Shown: positions 29,983 to 39,373 of the stretch, in pieces
Numbering within the stretch: the first letter of the stretch is position 1
Layout: each line of letters starts with the position of its first letter
Assembly (NCBI GenBank): GCA_009392515.1
Contig: VFGE01000031.1
Coordinates: 604-64,603, forward strand
Length of the DNA: 64,000 nt
Direction: 5' to 3'
DNA from: SAR202 cluster bacterium
Lineage (GTDB): Bacteria > Chloroflexota > Dehalococcoidia > Lucifugimonadales > UBA6952
The notes under the pieces: model-generated
Database searches by the model: none
What the model saw: only the letters and a program-made list of their open reading frames with translations
Told to the model about the DNA's origin: nothing
Position numbers and translations under genes: made by a program

Positions 29983-30393
29983 TTATTTTTCTAAAGCACT
30001 GATTATTTGGTCAGAATAACTGCCTTCTTCTACTTCTAGTATATGGTCAACTACTTCTCTAGGTGACCAATCTTCTGCAGATGGTTTGGTATCAAGCTCT
30101 TCATCAGTTAATGTGCTTAACATTCCGATTAATTTTCCGCGACTTTCAGCTAACTCTTCAAGAATTTGTTCTGCTTCACTCAAATGTACGCCTAAAGATC
30201 TTACAGTTTTCGCTAGGTGAATAGTATGTTCTATTTCATGAGCAACTAGTCTGTAAAATATAAAACGTACAGATATATTATCTCTATTTGGTATTGGTAA
30301 AGTCATAGCCTCATCGGGAACATTTTGTAATTTAGCTATGACTTTTGCTCTAGATTCTGCCATATTTTTTAAATAATCATTTACTTTACTCAT
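29983..30393 (-). CDS. DinB-superfamily (DinB_2-like) metal-binding protein
   Basis: 136 aa with His-rich helices (RLVAHEIEHTIHLAK and WSPREVVDHILEVEE) and an AAGGAG SD in the 15-nt spacer. It is the last gene of a five-gene operon. Confidence 0.7.
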   Translation of the reverse strand: MSKVNDYLKNMAESRAKVIAKLQNVPDEAMTLPIPNRDNISVRFIFYRLVAHEIEHTIHLAKTVRSLGVHLSEAEQILEELAESRGKLIGMLSTLTDEELDTKPSAEDWSPREVVDHILEVEEGSYSDQIISALEK

Positions 30394-30408
30394 ATTATCT
30401 CCTTATTT

Positions 30409-31194
30409 TTAATGTAAATTTTGGTTGGTTGTTAATGGATATCTGATTCGGTCTACCCAAACACATTCATCAACTTTAATATTCATTACATTGATCTCTG
30501 GCCCAAGTGATTGGACTAACCATTCACATAATTCCATCCAAGGTTGTTCTAAATTGTAACCTCGACGGAGTTCAAAATAAATATGTTCCAAACCAACAGC
30601 TTTTGCGATTGTCGGCAATACATCGATCATATTATTTTCTCGTAGTAATTTTGTTTCTGCAGATTCTAAGATTACATGCTCGCTACCTGCCTCTAAATCT
30701 TCAAGTACTGCTTTGATGGCATCATCAGAGTTCATTGGAGAAACAGGCTTTTTCTTTCCAATTTCAGTAAACACTCTGAGTCCCATTGATTTTGCTTCCT
30801 TAATAATATCAGTACGTACTCCTGGAGGCATATCAGGGATACTATCTTCACTAACTTCTATAGCACTAAATCCTAACTCTAAATTTTTTTCAAAAAATTG
30901 ACGATGTTTACCCTGAACATAAGCCATTTCAAATACCATACCACCTATATAAGAACCAACATTATGTTTGGCTAAAGTTTTGTTTCTTTTTGAAAACCAT
31001 ATATCGTCATAAGTACTAATTGTTCTACGATGATTTTGAATTTTTACCCAGTCAATAATATCTTCAAAATCGTCGAGATAATCATCCATCATTGAGGTTG
31101 TCCACATAACATCAGTAACGCAAGTTACACCTTTAGACCTTGGTTTAGGATTAGGCAAATTTATTGAGATGAAATTAAATGAAGGTTTAGTCAT
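30409..31194 (-). CDS. (2R)-phospho-3-sulfolactate synthase (ComA) family protein
   Basis: 261 aa. The segments KPRSKGVTCVTD, IGGMVFEMAYVQGKHRQFFEKNLELGFSAIEVSEDSI and GLRVFTEIGKKKP align by eye with the archaeal ComA core (GGTLFEYA...LGFEAVEISDGS...EVGKK). The KFGWGTS-type segment is divergent (KIQNHRRT). Confidence 0.78.
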   Translation of the reverse strand: MTKPSFNFISINLPNPKPRSKGVTCVTDVMWTTSMMDDYLDDFEDIIDWVKIQNHRRTISTYDDIWFSKRNKTLAKHNVGSYIGGMVFEMAYVQGKHRQFFEKNLELGFSAIEVSEDSIPDMPPGVRTDIIKEAKSMGLRVFTEIGKKKPVSPMNSDDAIKAVLEDLEAGSEHVILESAETKLLRENNMIDVLPTIAKAVGLEHIYFELRRGYNLEQPWMELCEWLVQSLGPEINVMNIKVDECVWVDRIRYPLTTNQNLH

Positions 31195-31208
31195 TTTTGT
31201 TCCTTTGT

Positions 31209-32342
31209 TTAGTAAACTGGAGCTTCAATTTTAGCATCAACCTTTTTTGCAACTACTTCTTTTCCGGTTGTTTTAAATATGGTTTGATATTTTCTTGAAA
31301 GTATTCCGTAATATTGAATTAAACTTTTACCTTGTCGAGGAGTTAGTACATTGGGAATATTTTCACTGCTTATACGAATAGGTAGTATGGAAACTCTTTT
31401 TCTACCTAAGCTGTCTATATCTACCTGTGCAATACAAGAATCTCGCTCTATTGATCGAATTGCTGTTCCTCCAAATGAGAAATTCCCCAAACTGTAGAAA
31501 ATTGGTTTACCTTTGTAAATTTCTATTCCTTGGGGTTCATGAGGATGATGACCCATAATAATATCTGCTCCTGCATCTATTGCAGTATGAGCCATTTCTT
31601 CTTGATACTCTGTGACATAGCATGGAGCAATTTCTACTGGTACACCTAAAGATCGAGCATTACCCCTTGCAGTTTGTCCCCAGTGCCAACTAATTATAAC
31701 TATATCTGAATTAATTTTTGCCCTACGTACATCTTCTTTCATTACTTCTAAATGTTCTGGATTAGCCCAACTAATTATTCTTGGAATTGAACCTGGTTGA
31801 TATGGGGCATTATATGAAGCTTCGTATGCGGTTTGTGCATTTACTACTGCACATCCAGGTTTGTTTTCTCCTGCGGGAAATGTTAAAGGAACATAACAAG
31901 AGGTGTATGATAAAAATCCAATTTTTCTGCCCTTAGAGTCAAGATAAACAGGTTTATGTGCTTCATCTATATTCATCCCAGAACCAGCATGCGGTATTTT
32001 TGCTTTATCTAAAGCATTGAGAGTTTGAATAAGGCCTTCCTCTCCATAATCCATGGTATGGTTATTCGCAGTAGAAACAGCATCTACATTTGCGAATTTC
32101 AATATTTTTTCAATTGGACCAGAGGGCATTCGCACATGTCCTCCACTTCCTGATTCTGTTTTACCTGGAAGAGTAGATACTGATTCATCACATATTACTC
32201 CTTCGACATTTGCTAAGGTGATGTCACCATTTTGCAGAATTGGTAAAGCGTTCCCAAAGGCAATTTCCGGATCAATAGCTTCTGTAATTATTACATCTCC
32301 TACCATTACTATACGTAAGGTCGAATCAGATTTTTTAGGCAT
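31209..32342 (-). CDS. CapA-family metallophosphoesterase-fold protein (PGA_cap)
   Basis: 377 aa with motifs VMVGDV, ANVEGVI, STANNHTMDYGEEGL, HAGSGMNIDEA and GHHPHEPQGIEIYKGKPIFYSLGNFSFG. Confidence 0.85.
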   Translation of the reverse strand: MPKKSDSTLRIVMVGDVIITEAIDPEIAFGNALPILQNGDITLANVEGVICDESVSTLPGKTESGSGGHVRMPSGPIEKILKFANVDAVSTANNHTMDYGEEGLIQTLNALDKAKIPHAGSGMNIDEAHKPVYLDSKGRKIGFLSYTSCYVPLTFPAGENKPGCAVVNAQTAYEASYNAPYQPGSIPRIISWANPEHLEVMKEDVRRAKINSDIVIISWHWGQTARGNARSLGVPVEIAPCYVTEYQEEMAHTAIDAGADIIMGHHPHEPQGIEIYKGKPIFYSLGNFSFGGTAIRSIERDSCIAQVDIDSLGRKRVSILPIRISSENIPNVLTPRQGKSLIQYYGILSRKYQTIFKTTGKEVVAKKVDAKIEAPVY

Positions 32343-32357
32343 CTATATCTCCTTAAA

Positions 32358-33281
32358 TCAATGTGGCTCTGCTCGGTTCCATACTTCAACAAGTGTTCCT
32401 ATACAAGTTTTAGGATGAAACCATGCAACATAATTGATATCAAGACCCGGTTCAGGAACTGCTCCGATCTGTTGTATACCATATTCTGTAGCTTGGTCGA
32501 TTACTTTATGGACATTTGGAGACCATGGTCCGATATGATGGAAAGCAGCACCTTTTAGTGCTCTCTGCGCAACGAATTTAGCTGTACCACTATCTTCATC
32601 TGCAGGTATACTAATTTCAATTACACAACTACCTATTGGGAATTCTTTGAGATAAACAGGGTCATCGGGTCCGAGTCTTGGTGTACCGTCAGGGTTTGTT
32701 TGACGAGGTCCTCCTCTATCGCGTGTAAAGTCTTGTGGTAATTTAAAACATTCTTCCCAAAGAAACTTTTGTTCTTCATAACTTCTTGCAGCTATACCTA
32801 TATGGGCCATTCCATTAAAGTTTCCATTTCCTCTGTATGCTGGATGTGGATAATAATCTTCTGACGAGCAAACCATTAGCTGTAATCCAAAAGTTGTTTC
32901 TGGATCCAAAAGCACTGGGGTTTTCCCATTCCATCCCTCGAGTTGATCGCTTCTGATTTTTATACCTTTTGATTCAAGATGTTTGATATCTTCAGTTAAA
33001 TTATCGGAATTTAAGCACAAGTGATGTATTCCACCAGAAGATTTCTCTTGAATGAATTCATAAGCTTCTCCCTTTTCTGTTATAGGAGTAGCAAATTCTA
33101 CACACATTTCGGCAATAGGCATAAGTAAGCTGTTTACATCAGGAAGGGATCCTGGATTGATTTTTGATATAGGTGTCCGACTTTGATCAACTGACATACC
33201 AAATCCATTGCAGTATATATCTCTAGCTTTATCAAGGTCAGGGGCTAATATAGTTACATGGTCAATTCTAGTGAAAGACAT
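32358..33281 (-). CDS. two-domain VOC (glyoxalase/dioxygenase/epimerase-fold) protein
   Basis: 307 aa with an N-terminal RIDHVTILAPDLDKARDIY and a second module around MAHIGIAARSYEE. AAGGAG SD. Confidence 0.72.
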   Translation of the reverse strand: MSFTRIDHVTILAPDLDKARDIYCNGFGMSVDQSRTPISKINPGSLPDVNSLLMPIAEMCVEFATPITEKGEAYEFIQEKSSGGIHHLCLNSDNLTEDIKHLESKGIKIRSDQLEGWNGKTPVLLDPETTFGLQLMVCSSEDYYPHPAYRGNGNFNGMAHIGIAARSYEEQKFLWEECFKLPQDFTRDRGGPRQTNPDGTPRLGPDDPVYLKEFPIGSCVIEISIPADEDSGTAKFVAQRALKGAAFHHIGPWSPNVHKVIDQATEYGIQQIGAVPEPGLDINYVAWFHPKTCIGTLVEVWNRAEPH

Positions 33282-33294
33282 ACATTTCTCCTTT

Positions 33295-34182
33295 TCAGTT
33301 ATTATTTAGAGAATATAAAGGGCTAGTTTCTTCTATTTTCCCTTCTTCCGATAATTTTTCTAAGTGAGTTCGAACGTTTCGGGCAGCAGCCTCTCTAAGA
33401 TTAGGATTTAAATCTTTAGGATATACAAAATCTACAATTTCATAAACTGTTTGAGATGCATTTTTAGTTAAGGCATCAATAATTTGCGTTTCTCTTTTTG
33501 TGCGGTGCTGTATATAAGATTTTATTTTTGCAGTCCCATCTTCTACTAAAGCTCCATGTGCTGGAAAAACTTTTGTGGGTTTATGGGCAAGTATAATTTC
33601 TAGACTATTCATATACTGTTTTAAATTTCTTACTGAAGATGAAGAACTTCCTAATACTGTGTCTCCTGTAAACATAATTTGTTCTTCTTGTAGAAAATAG
33701 CAAATATGGTCATTTTCATGCCCTGGTGTGTAGAGAGCTAAAAGGTTGATATTATCATTAACCTTTAATATTTCTTGATCTTCTATAGAAAATACAATTC
33801 CCTCTTCTAGAATCATCTGCAATTTAGGTTTTAAATTTATATGGCATCCAACTTTACATTGAAATGTTTTTTGGAGACGATCAACTCCCCCAATATGGTC
33901 GTAGTGACCATGGGTAATATAAATGTTGGAAATATTTGGAGAGCCTAATTCTTTGTGATAGGCAAGTATTTGATCAGTCCAACTTCGATAATGTTCGCCA
34001 GTATCCATGACAACCATATTAGTATCAGGATCCCCAATGAAATATATACTTGAACCTCCTGGGTGATAAGTGCCGAACGGACTATCGTCTTCATTGATAT
34101 GGACTCTATAAACATATTCAGAAATTTTCATAGATGATTTTTTCTTTCTTTTTGTTGGATAAATATGAAAAAAATGTCTCAT
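33295..34182 (-). CDS. MBL-fold metallo-hydrolase
   Basis: It has the ITHGHYDHIGG (HxHxDH) motif and a later TPGHENDH. The true start is probably ATG 34131 (MKISEYVYRV) rather than 34182. Confidence 0.85.
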   Translation of the reverse strand: MRHFFHIYPTKRKKKSSMKISEYVYRVHINEDDSPFGTYHPGGSSIYFIGDPDTNMVVMDTGEHYRSWTDQILAYHKELGSPNISNIYITHGHYDHIGGVDRLQKTFQCKVGCHINLKPKLQMILEEGIVFSIEDQEILKVNDNINLLALYTPGHENDHICYFLQEEQIMFTGDTVLGSSSSSVRNLKQYMNSLEIILAHKPTKVFPAHGALVEDGTAKIKSYIQHRTKRETQIIDALTKNASQTVYEIVDFVYPKDLNPNLREAAARNVRTHLEKLSEEGKIEETSPLYSLNNN

Positions 34183-34200
34183 AGATAGCTGTTGATAATT

Positions 34201-34243
34201 ATAGGTTGTTTATTTTTGTCGTCAACATCTATAAGTTGTTTAT
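34201..34243. promoter_or_regulatory. pair of 13-nt direct repeats in a divergent promoter region (candidate operator)
   Basis: ATAGGTTGTTTAT (34201-34213) and ATAAGTTGTTTAT (34231-34243) sit 30 nt apart. The second overlaps a TATAAT (34241-34246). They lie between the MBL operon and the CoA-transferase gene. Confidence 0.25.
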
Positions 34244-34318
34244 AATTTCTTATATACTTGCTTCATTCGATTATAACGCTATTCATTCTATTTTTATGTA
34301 AATGGGGGGATATACAAA

Positions 34319-35605
34319 ATGAAAGGTCCTTTAGAAAATATACGTGTTTTGGATTTTTCAGAAATTATAGCAGGTCCTTTTGCAGGTATGCTTTTATCTG
34401 ATATGGGCGCTGATGTCATAAAAATAGAACCACCTTGGGGAGAGCCGTGGAGATTTTCTCAGCCAATCGTTCCAAATGAAAGTCGGACATATATTAGTTT
34501 AAATCGTGGGAAAAAAAGTCTTACCTTGGATTTAAATAAAGATTCTGCAAAGCAAATTATCTATGATTTAATCAATGATATAGACGTTGTAATTGTAAAT
34601 TACCGTCCAGATGTCCCCGCAAATCTTGGGATAGATTATGATACTTTGTCAAAAATGAATCCTAAATTAATTTATTGTCAAAATACTGCCTACGGAAGTG
34701 AAGGAAATGATAGTTATCGTCCAGGTTACGACATAATTATCCAAGCTATGAGTGGATTGATGGCTGCTGATGGTAAACTTAATGAAGGTATACCACAATC
34801 TATAAGTGCGACTGCTCTTGCTGATTTTTCAACTGCATTGACTATGAGCATGTCAATATGTGCGGCTTTACATGCCAGATCAATCACTGGAAAAGGACAA
34901 AAAATAGAAGCTTCTTTATTAGCAACAGCATTAGCATTACAGACTACAAGTTTTTTAGAAGTTGAAATGGTTGATAAAGAACCAAAAGAAGAGCTAATTG
35001 AAACAATTAATTTATTGAGAGAAACCGGTGCTCCTTACAGTGATATCCATGATTATGTTGATGGAATAAGACTAAATAATCCTGCAGCATTCGGCATTAG
35101 AATGATTTATTACAGAACCTATCAGGCTAAAGATAGTGTTATAGCTGTAGCCTGTTTAAGTGACAGACTTAGAAAAAAAATGGCAGATGCTATAGGAATT
35201 TATGATCGAAGGTTTGAACCAGGTTACAAAGCTGATCTGGAAGATAATATTGCATTTACTCAAAATCTTAGAAAAGAAGTAGAAGAACTATTCCTTACTA
35301 AAACTGTAGAAGAATGGATGGAAGTCTTGGATAGTGCTGGAGTTCCATGTGGCCCTGTAAAATTCGTATCTGAACTTATGACAGATAATCAAGTTATTGC
35401 AAATGATATCATTCGTGAACATGAACATCCGTTGGTTGGAAAAATAAAAATGATAGGGCCTATAGTTAAAATGTCTGAAACTCCACTTGTCCCACATGAT
35501 CCATCTCCGACGTTAGGTCAAAATAATGATGAGATATTAAGTGCATTAGGATATTCAGAACAAAAGATAAAAGAATTGAGAGATTCTGGGGCTGTTGGTG
35601 AATAA
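34319..35605 (+). CDS. family III CoA-transferase (CaiB/BaiF family)
   Basis: 428 aa with N-terminal PLENIRVLDFSEIIAGPFAGMLLSDMGADVIKIEPP, typical of the family. A G-rich SD is present. Confidence 0.9.
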   Translation: MKGPLENIRVLDFSEIIAGPFAGMLLSDMGADVIKIEPPWGEPWRFSQPIVPNESRTYISLNRGKKSLTLDLNKDSAKQIIYDLINDIDVVIVNYRPDVPANLGIDYDTLSKMNPKLIYCQNTAYGSEGNDSYRPGYDIIIQAMSGLMAADGKLNEGIPQSISATALADFSTALTMSMSICAALHARSITGKGQKIEASLLATALALQTTSFLEVEMVDKEPKEELIETINLLRETGAPYSDIHDYVDGIRLNNPAAFGIRMIYYRTYQAKDSVIAVACLSDRLRKKMADAIGIYDRRFEPGYKADLEDNIAFTQNLRKEVEELFLTKTVEEWMEVLDSAGVPCGPVKFVSELMTDNQVIANDIIREHEHPLVGKIKMIGPIVKMSETPLVPHDPSPTLGQNNDEILSALGYSEQKIKELRDSGAVGE

Positions 35606-35635
35606 TTATTAAATTAAATTGTTCTTAGGTTACAT

Positions 35636-38047
35636 ATGTCTACTTTTAAAAATCGTGATCGTACTCTCAAAGATTATGTTGAATCTTTAAGCGCAATATG
35701 TAATTTAGAAAAAAATACGGGATGTATTGATAGATCTGTTTTTGGTGGATTAGATCGTCTACTTAGTCAATGGTCACTTCGTGAAACTATAAATCCTTTA
35801 TTTCAGAAATTTAAAAGTAATAATTTATATCCTGTGGCATATTCTGAACTTGATCAGAAACAAAGAATTATTTGGGTAAAAAAAATTCTACAGATACTAG
35901 AACAAGTAGATCTCACAAGTCCTTCTGGTATTCTAAATAAGTTCGACCAAGAATTAGTATATTTTAAAGGAATTACAAATGCTTTAGCTACAAAGCTAAA
36001 TAAATTAAATATATTTAAGTTAAATGATTTGTTATATCACTTCCCACGTAGATATAGCAGAATTACCACAATAGATAAATTAGTTCCTGGTCAAGATTCT
36101 ACTATTTTGGCTAGATGTGATGGAACACAAGTAGTCTTTTTGGGTAATAAAAGAAATTTTAAAGCGACAGAAGCAATATTTACTGATCAATCTGGCACAA
36201 TAAAAGTTATCTGGTATAACCAAACATATTTAAGTAAACAATTATCGACAGGTAAACTTTATATTTTATCTGGTAAAACAAATATTCATAATGGATACAA
36301 AACTATAGAATCTCCAGATTGGGAATTAGCTGACGCTAAAATGGCAAATCAAAAATTTTTGAACGTAGGAAGGCTTTTTCCTGTTTATGGAAAAACTGAA
36401 GGTGTTTCGCAATCAAGAATACGTAAAGTAATAAGAGATTTTTTGAGAGATTTTGCTTCTGAAATTGAAGAATATTTACCTGAATCACTCATACTTAAAA
36501 ATAGCCTTTTGAAATTGAGAGAAGCATTAATACAAATGCATTATCCATCATCATTATCAAGCTTAGAACAGTCACGAAGAAGACTAGCTTTCGACGAACT
36601 ATTTTTATTACAAATGTCTTTTTTGTATTATCGTTCAGATATAGAAAAGGATATATCATCAATTAAAGTGACAAATATAAGTGAAAGCCTCACACAGTTT
36701 ATCAATATTTTACCTTTCACATTAACTGAAGGGCAAAAAAAGGTTATTAGAGAAATAATTGATGATTTATCAAATTCTCATAAGCCAATGAGGAGATTAT
36801 TACAAGGTGATGTAGGTAGCGGAAAAACTGTTGTAGCATTAGGATCTTTGTTGTCTGTTGTTGGAGCAGGATATCAGGGTGTATTAATGGCACCAACTGA
36901 AGTATTAGCTGAACAGCATTTTTTGACAGTTAAAAAATTACTTTCAAATGAATCAAATCAATCAGACTCATATTTTCACGTGAGTAATTTAATCAACAAC
37001 AGAGACTGTAGGATAGGAATTTTGATAGGAAGTATGCCAAGAAAGAAAAAAGAAAAAATTCAAGAAATGCTGGAAAATGGCGAATTAGATATTGTGATTG
37101 GTACTCATTCAGTAATTCAAGAGAGTGTGATAATTCCAAAACTTGCTTTAGCAGTAGTTGATGAAGAGCATCGATTCGGTGTGGATCAACGAAATGCTTT
37201 ATTTGAAAAGAGAATTGATCAAAATACTATCCCCCATATGCTTGCCATGACAGCAACTCCCATTCCTGCGTCATTAGCTATGGCTATATATGGAGATTTA
37301 GAATCTTCTGTAATAGATTCTCTTCCAGAAGGTCGCCAAAAAATAAGAACAAGAGTTGTGGATAAAATTAACAGAAATAAAATGTATGAATTTGTTCGGA
37401 AGCAAATTGATCAAGGTCGACAAGCTTTTGTCGTGTATCCACTTATTAATGAATCTGAATCGATTAATGCAAAAGCTGCAATCATTGAGCAAATACGATT
37501 ACAAAAAGATATATTTCCAGATAGAATTGTGGGTTTACTTCATGGGAAAATGAAGATGGAAGAAAAACAATTAGTCATGGATAGTTTTAGAGAAGGGTTA
37601 ATTGATATATTAGTTTCTACACCAGTAATTGAAGTTGGGGTTGATATACCTAATGCATCAGTTATGATTATTGAAGGGGCAGACAGATTTGGTATTGCGC
37701 AATTACATCAATTTAGGGGACGGGTTGGTAGAGGCAAACATGAAAGTTACTGTATGCTAGTTGCTGAGGATCCATCAGAAGATTCTCTAGAAAGACTTAA
37801 AGCTCTAGAGCAAGTATCCGATGGTTTTAGACTTGCTGAAATTGATTTGGAATTACGAGGAGAAGGGAATGTTCGGCAACATGGCAAAGTTCAGAGTGGT
37901 CATGATTTTCTGAAAATTGCAAATATTCAAACAGATTTTAAATTGATGCAAATCGCAAGATTTGAAGCTAAAAATATTATTGAGAACGACCCATTTCTAA
38001 AGGAAGAAAAAAATCAGGGCATTGCAAATGCTTTGATTAATATTTGA
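35636..38047 (+). CDS. recG: ATP-dependent DNA helicase RecG
   Basis: 803 aa with a wedge/OB region, helicase motifs (GDVGSGKTVVA, DEEHRFGV, QFRGRVGRG) and the TRG-like C-terminus. Confidence 0.93.
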   Translation: MSTFKNRDRTLKDYVESLSAICNLEKNTGCIDRSVFGGLDRLLSQWSLRETINPLFQKFKSNNLYPVAYSELDQKQRIIWVKKILQILEQVDLTSPSGILNKFDQELVYFKGITNALATKLNKLNIFKLNDLLYHFPRRYSRITTIDKLVPGQDSTILARCDGTQVVFLGNKRNFKATEAIFTDQSGTIKVIWYNQTYLSKQLSTGKLYILSGKTNIHNGYKTIESPDWELADAKMANQKFLNVGRLFPVYGKTEGVSQSRIRKVIRDFLRDFASEIEEYLPESLILKNSLLKLREALIQMHYPSSLSSLEQSRRRLAFDELFLLQMSFLYYRSDIEKDISSIKVTNISESLTQFINILPFTLTEGQKKVIREIIDDLSNSHKPMRRLLQGDVGSGKTVVALGSLLSVVGAGYQGVLMAPTEVLAEQHFLTVKKLLSNESNQSDSYFHVSNLINNRDCRIGILIGSMPRKKKEKIQEMLENGELDIVIGTHSVIQESVIIPKLALAVVDEEHRFGVDQRNALFEKRIDQNTIPHMLAMTATPIPASLAMAIYGDLESSVIDSLPEGRQKIRTRVVDKINRNKMYEFVRKQIDQGRQAFVVYPLINESESINAKAAIIEQIRLQKDIFPDRIVGLLHGKMKMEEKQLVMDSFREGLIDILVSTPVIEVGVDIPNASVMIIEGADRFGIAQLHQFRGRVGRGKHESYCMLVAEDPSEDSLERLKALEQVSDGFRLAEIDLELRGEGNVRQHGKVQSGHDFLKIANIQTDFKLMQIARFEAKNIIENDPFLKEEKNQGIANALINI

Positions 38048-38094
38048 GTGTAACAAGTCATATTGTTTCTTTACCAAATGTATAAATATAGAAA

Positions 38095-38931
38095 CTAGGT
38101 TTTTTTACTTAATACTGAATACATAGAATCAATAGGCGCTTCTAGTCCTGTCCATAATTTAAATGATAATCCTGCTTGTTCAATTAGCATACCTATACCA
38201 TTAATTCCGATTCCACCGTACTTTTGTACCTCTGAAACAATTGGTGTTATAGGCGGGTTGTAAACAAGATCGTAAAAAATCCGACATTGTTTTACAAGAT
38301 GCTGTGGTAGGGGTAACTTTCCTTCAAGTTCGCTGTGTTTCATACCGAATGAAGTGCAGTTAATAATAATATCAAATTTTGAAAAATTTTCAGTTTGATC
38401 AAATTTTGAAGATATGGTTTTAATATTTCCGAGGTGTGAAAATTTATTAACAATATCTTCTGCTTTATCTTGTGTTCGATTAATAATTGTAATTGATTGA
38501 CAGTTATTTTTTAGGAGACCATAAATTATAGCTTTAGAAGATCCTCCTGCACCCAACACAAGTATATTTTTATTAGTAATAGAGATATTATGCCTGTCGG
38601 TTAAATCTTTAATAAAACCACTTGAATCTGTATTTTCTCCATGGAGTTGACCCTCACGATTTATGATTGTATTTACTGCCCCAATCGTTTTTACTTCATC
38701 TGATAAACTGTCTAACCAGGGAATAACTTGCTCTTTATATGGTATTGTTACATTTGCACCGAGTACTTTATCTTGCTTTAATAGATCTATTCGGTTTTTT
38801 AATTCAGGTAGTGGTGTATCCCAAATTTCATAGTTTGCATTTATATTATGGGTTTTTAGTGCTAAATTTTGGATTATGGGTGAAAGAGAGTGTTTGATAG
38901 AATTACCTATAATCCCAACTTGTAGTTTCAT
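38095..38931 (-). CDS. aroE: shikimate dehydrogenase
   Basis: 278 aa with motifs GNSIKHSLSP, NVTIPYKE, NTD and VLGAGGSSKAI. Confidence 0.92.
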   Translation of the reverse strand: MKLQVGIIGNSIKHSLSPIIQNLALKTHNINANYEIWDTPLPELKNRIDLLKQDKVLGANVTIPYKEQVIPWLDSLSDEVKTIGAVNTIINREGQLHGENTDSSGFIKDLTDRHNISITNKNILVLGAGGSSKAIIYGLLKNNCQSITIINRTQDKAEDIVNKFSHLGNIKTISSKFDQTENFSKFDIIINCTSFGMKHSELEGKLPLPQHLVKQCRIFYDLVYNPPITPIVSEVQKYGGIGINGIGMLIEQAGLSFKLWTGLEAPIDSMYSVLSKKT

Positions 38932-38944
38932 TTTACATGCTTCT

Positions 38945-39373
38945 TTATATTTTATTATTTTGTCTATCCAAATAAGATTGCAACATTATTGTTGCTGCAA
39001 CGTCATCAATAAATTGTTTTTGTTGTTTTGATTTTTTTTTTGATTTTGGTTTTTCAAATGTACGTTGTGCTTGAATCGAAGTGAAACGTTCATCCCAAGT
39101 TTCTATTGTGATTTGTGTTTGATTCTGTAAAGCATCTTTAAATTTTAAGGTAGATTCAGTTTGTTGATTTTGATTCCCACTTAAAGATAAAGGGAGTCCT
39201 ATAATAATTTTAGATATTGAGTTAGTTTCAGTTAACGAATTTATATGATCAATATCTTTTTGAATATTTTCTCTGAAATAAATTGCATGTGGTAATGCAA
39301 AAATATTTGATGGATCGGAAATCGATATTCCAATGCGTTTATTTCCAAAATCGAGACCTAGTATACGATCCAT
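38945..39373 (-). CDS. ruvX: Holliday-junction-resolvase-like nuclease RuvX/YqgF
   Basis: 142 aa with N-terminal ILGLDFGNKRIGISISD and DERFTS motifs. It has a 1-nt overlap with alaS. Confidence 0.9.
   Translation of the reverse strand: MDRILGLDFGNKRIGISISDPSNIFALPHAIYFRENIQKDIDHINSLTETNSISKIIIGLPLSLSGNQNQQTESTLKFKDALQNQTQITIETWDERFTSIQAQRTFEKPKSKKKSKQQKQFIDDVAATIMLQSYLDRQNNKI

Noticed and set aside
35636-38047. RecG is long (803 aa) with an N-terminal region of about 100 aa, considered as a novel domain fusion.
   Set aside because: N-terminally extended RecG proteins are common outside Enterobacteria (for example Thermotoga-type). Nothing in the extension looks like a separate enzymatic domain.
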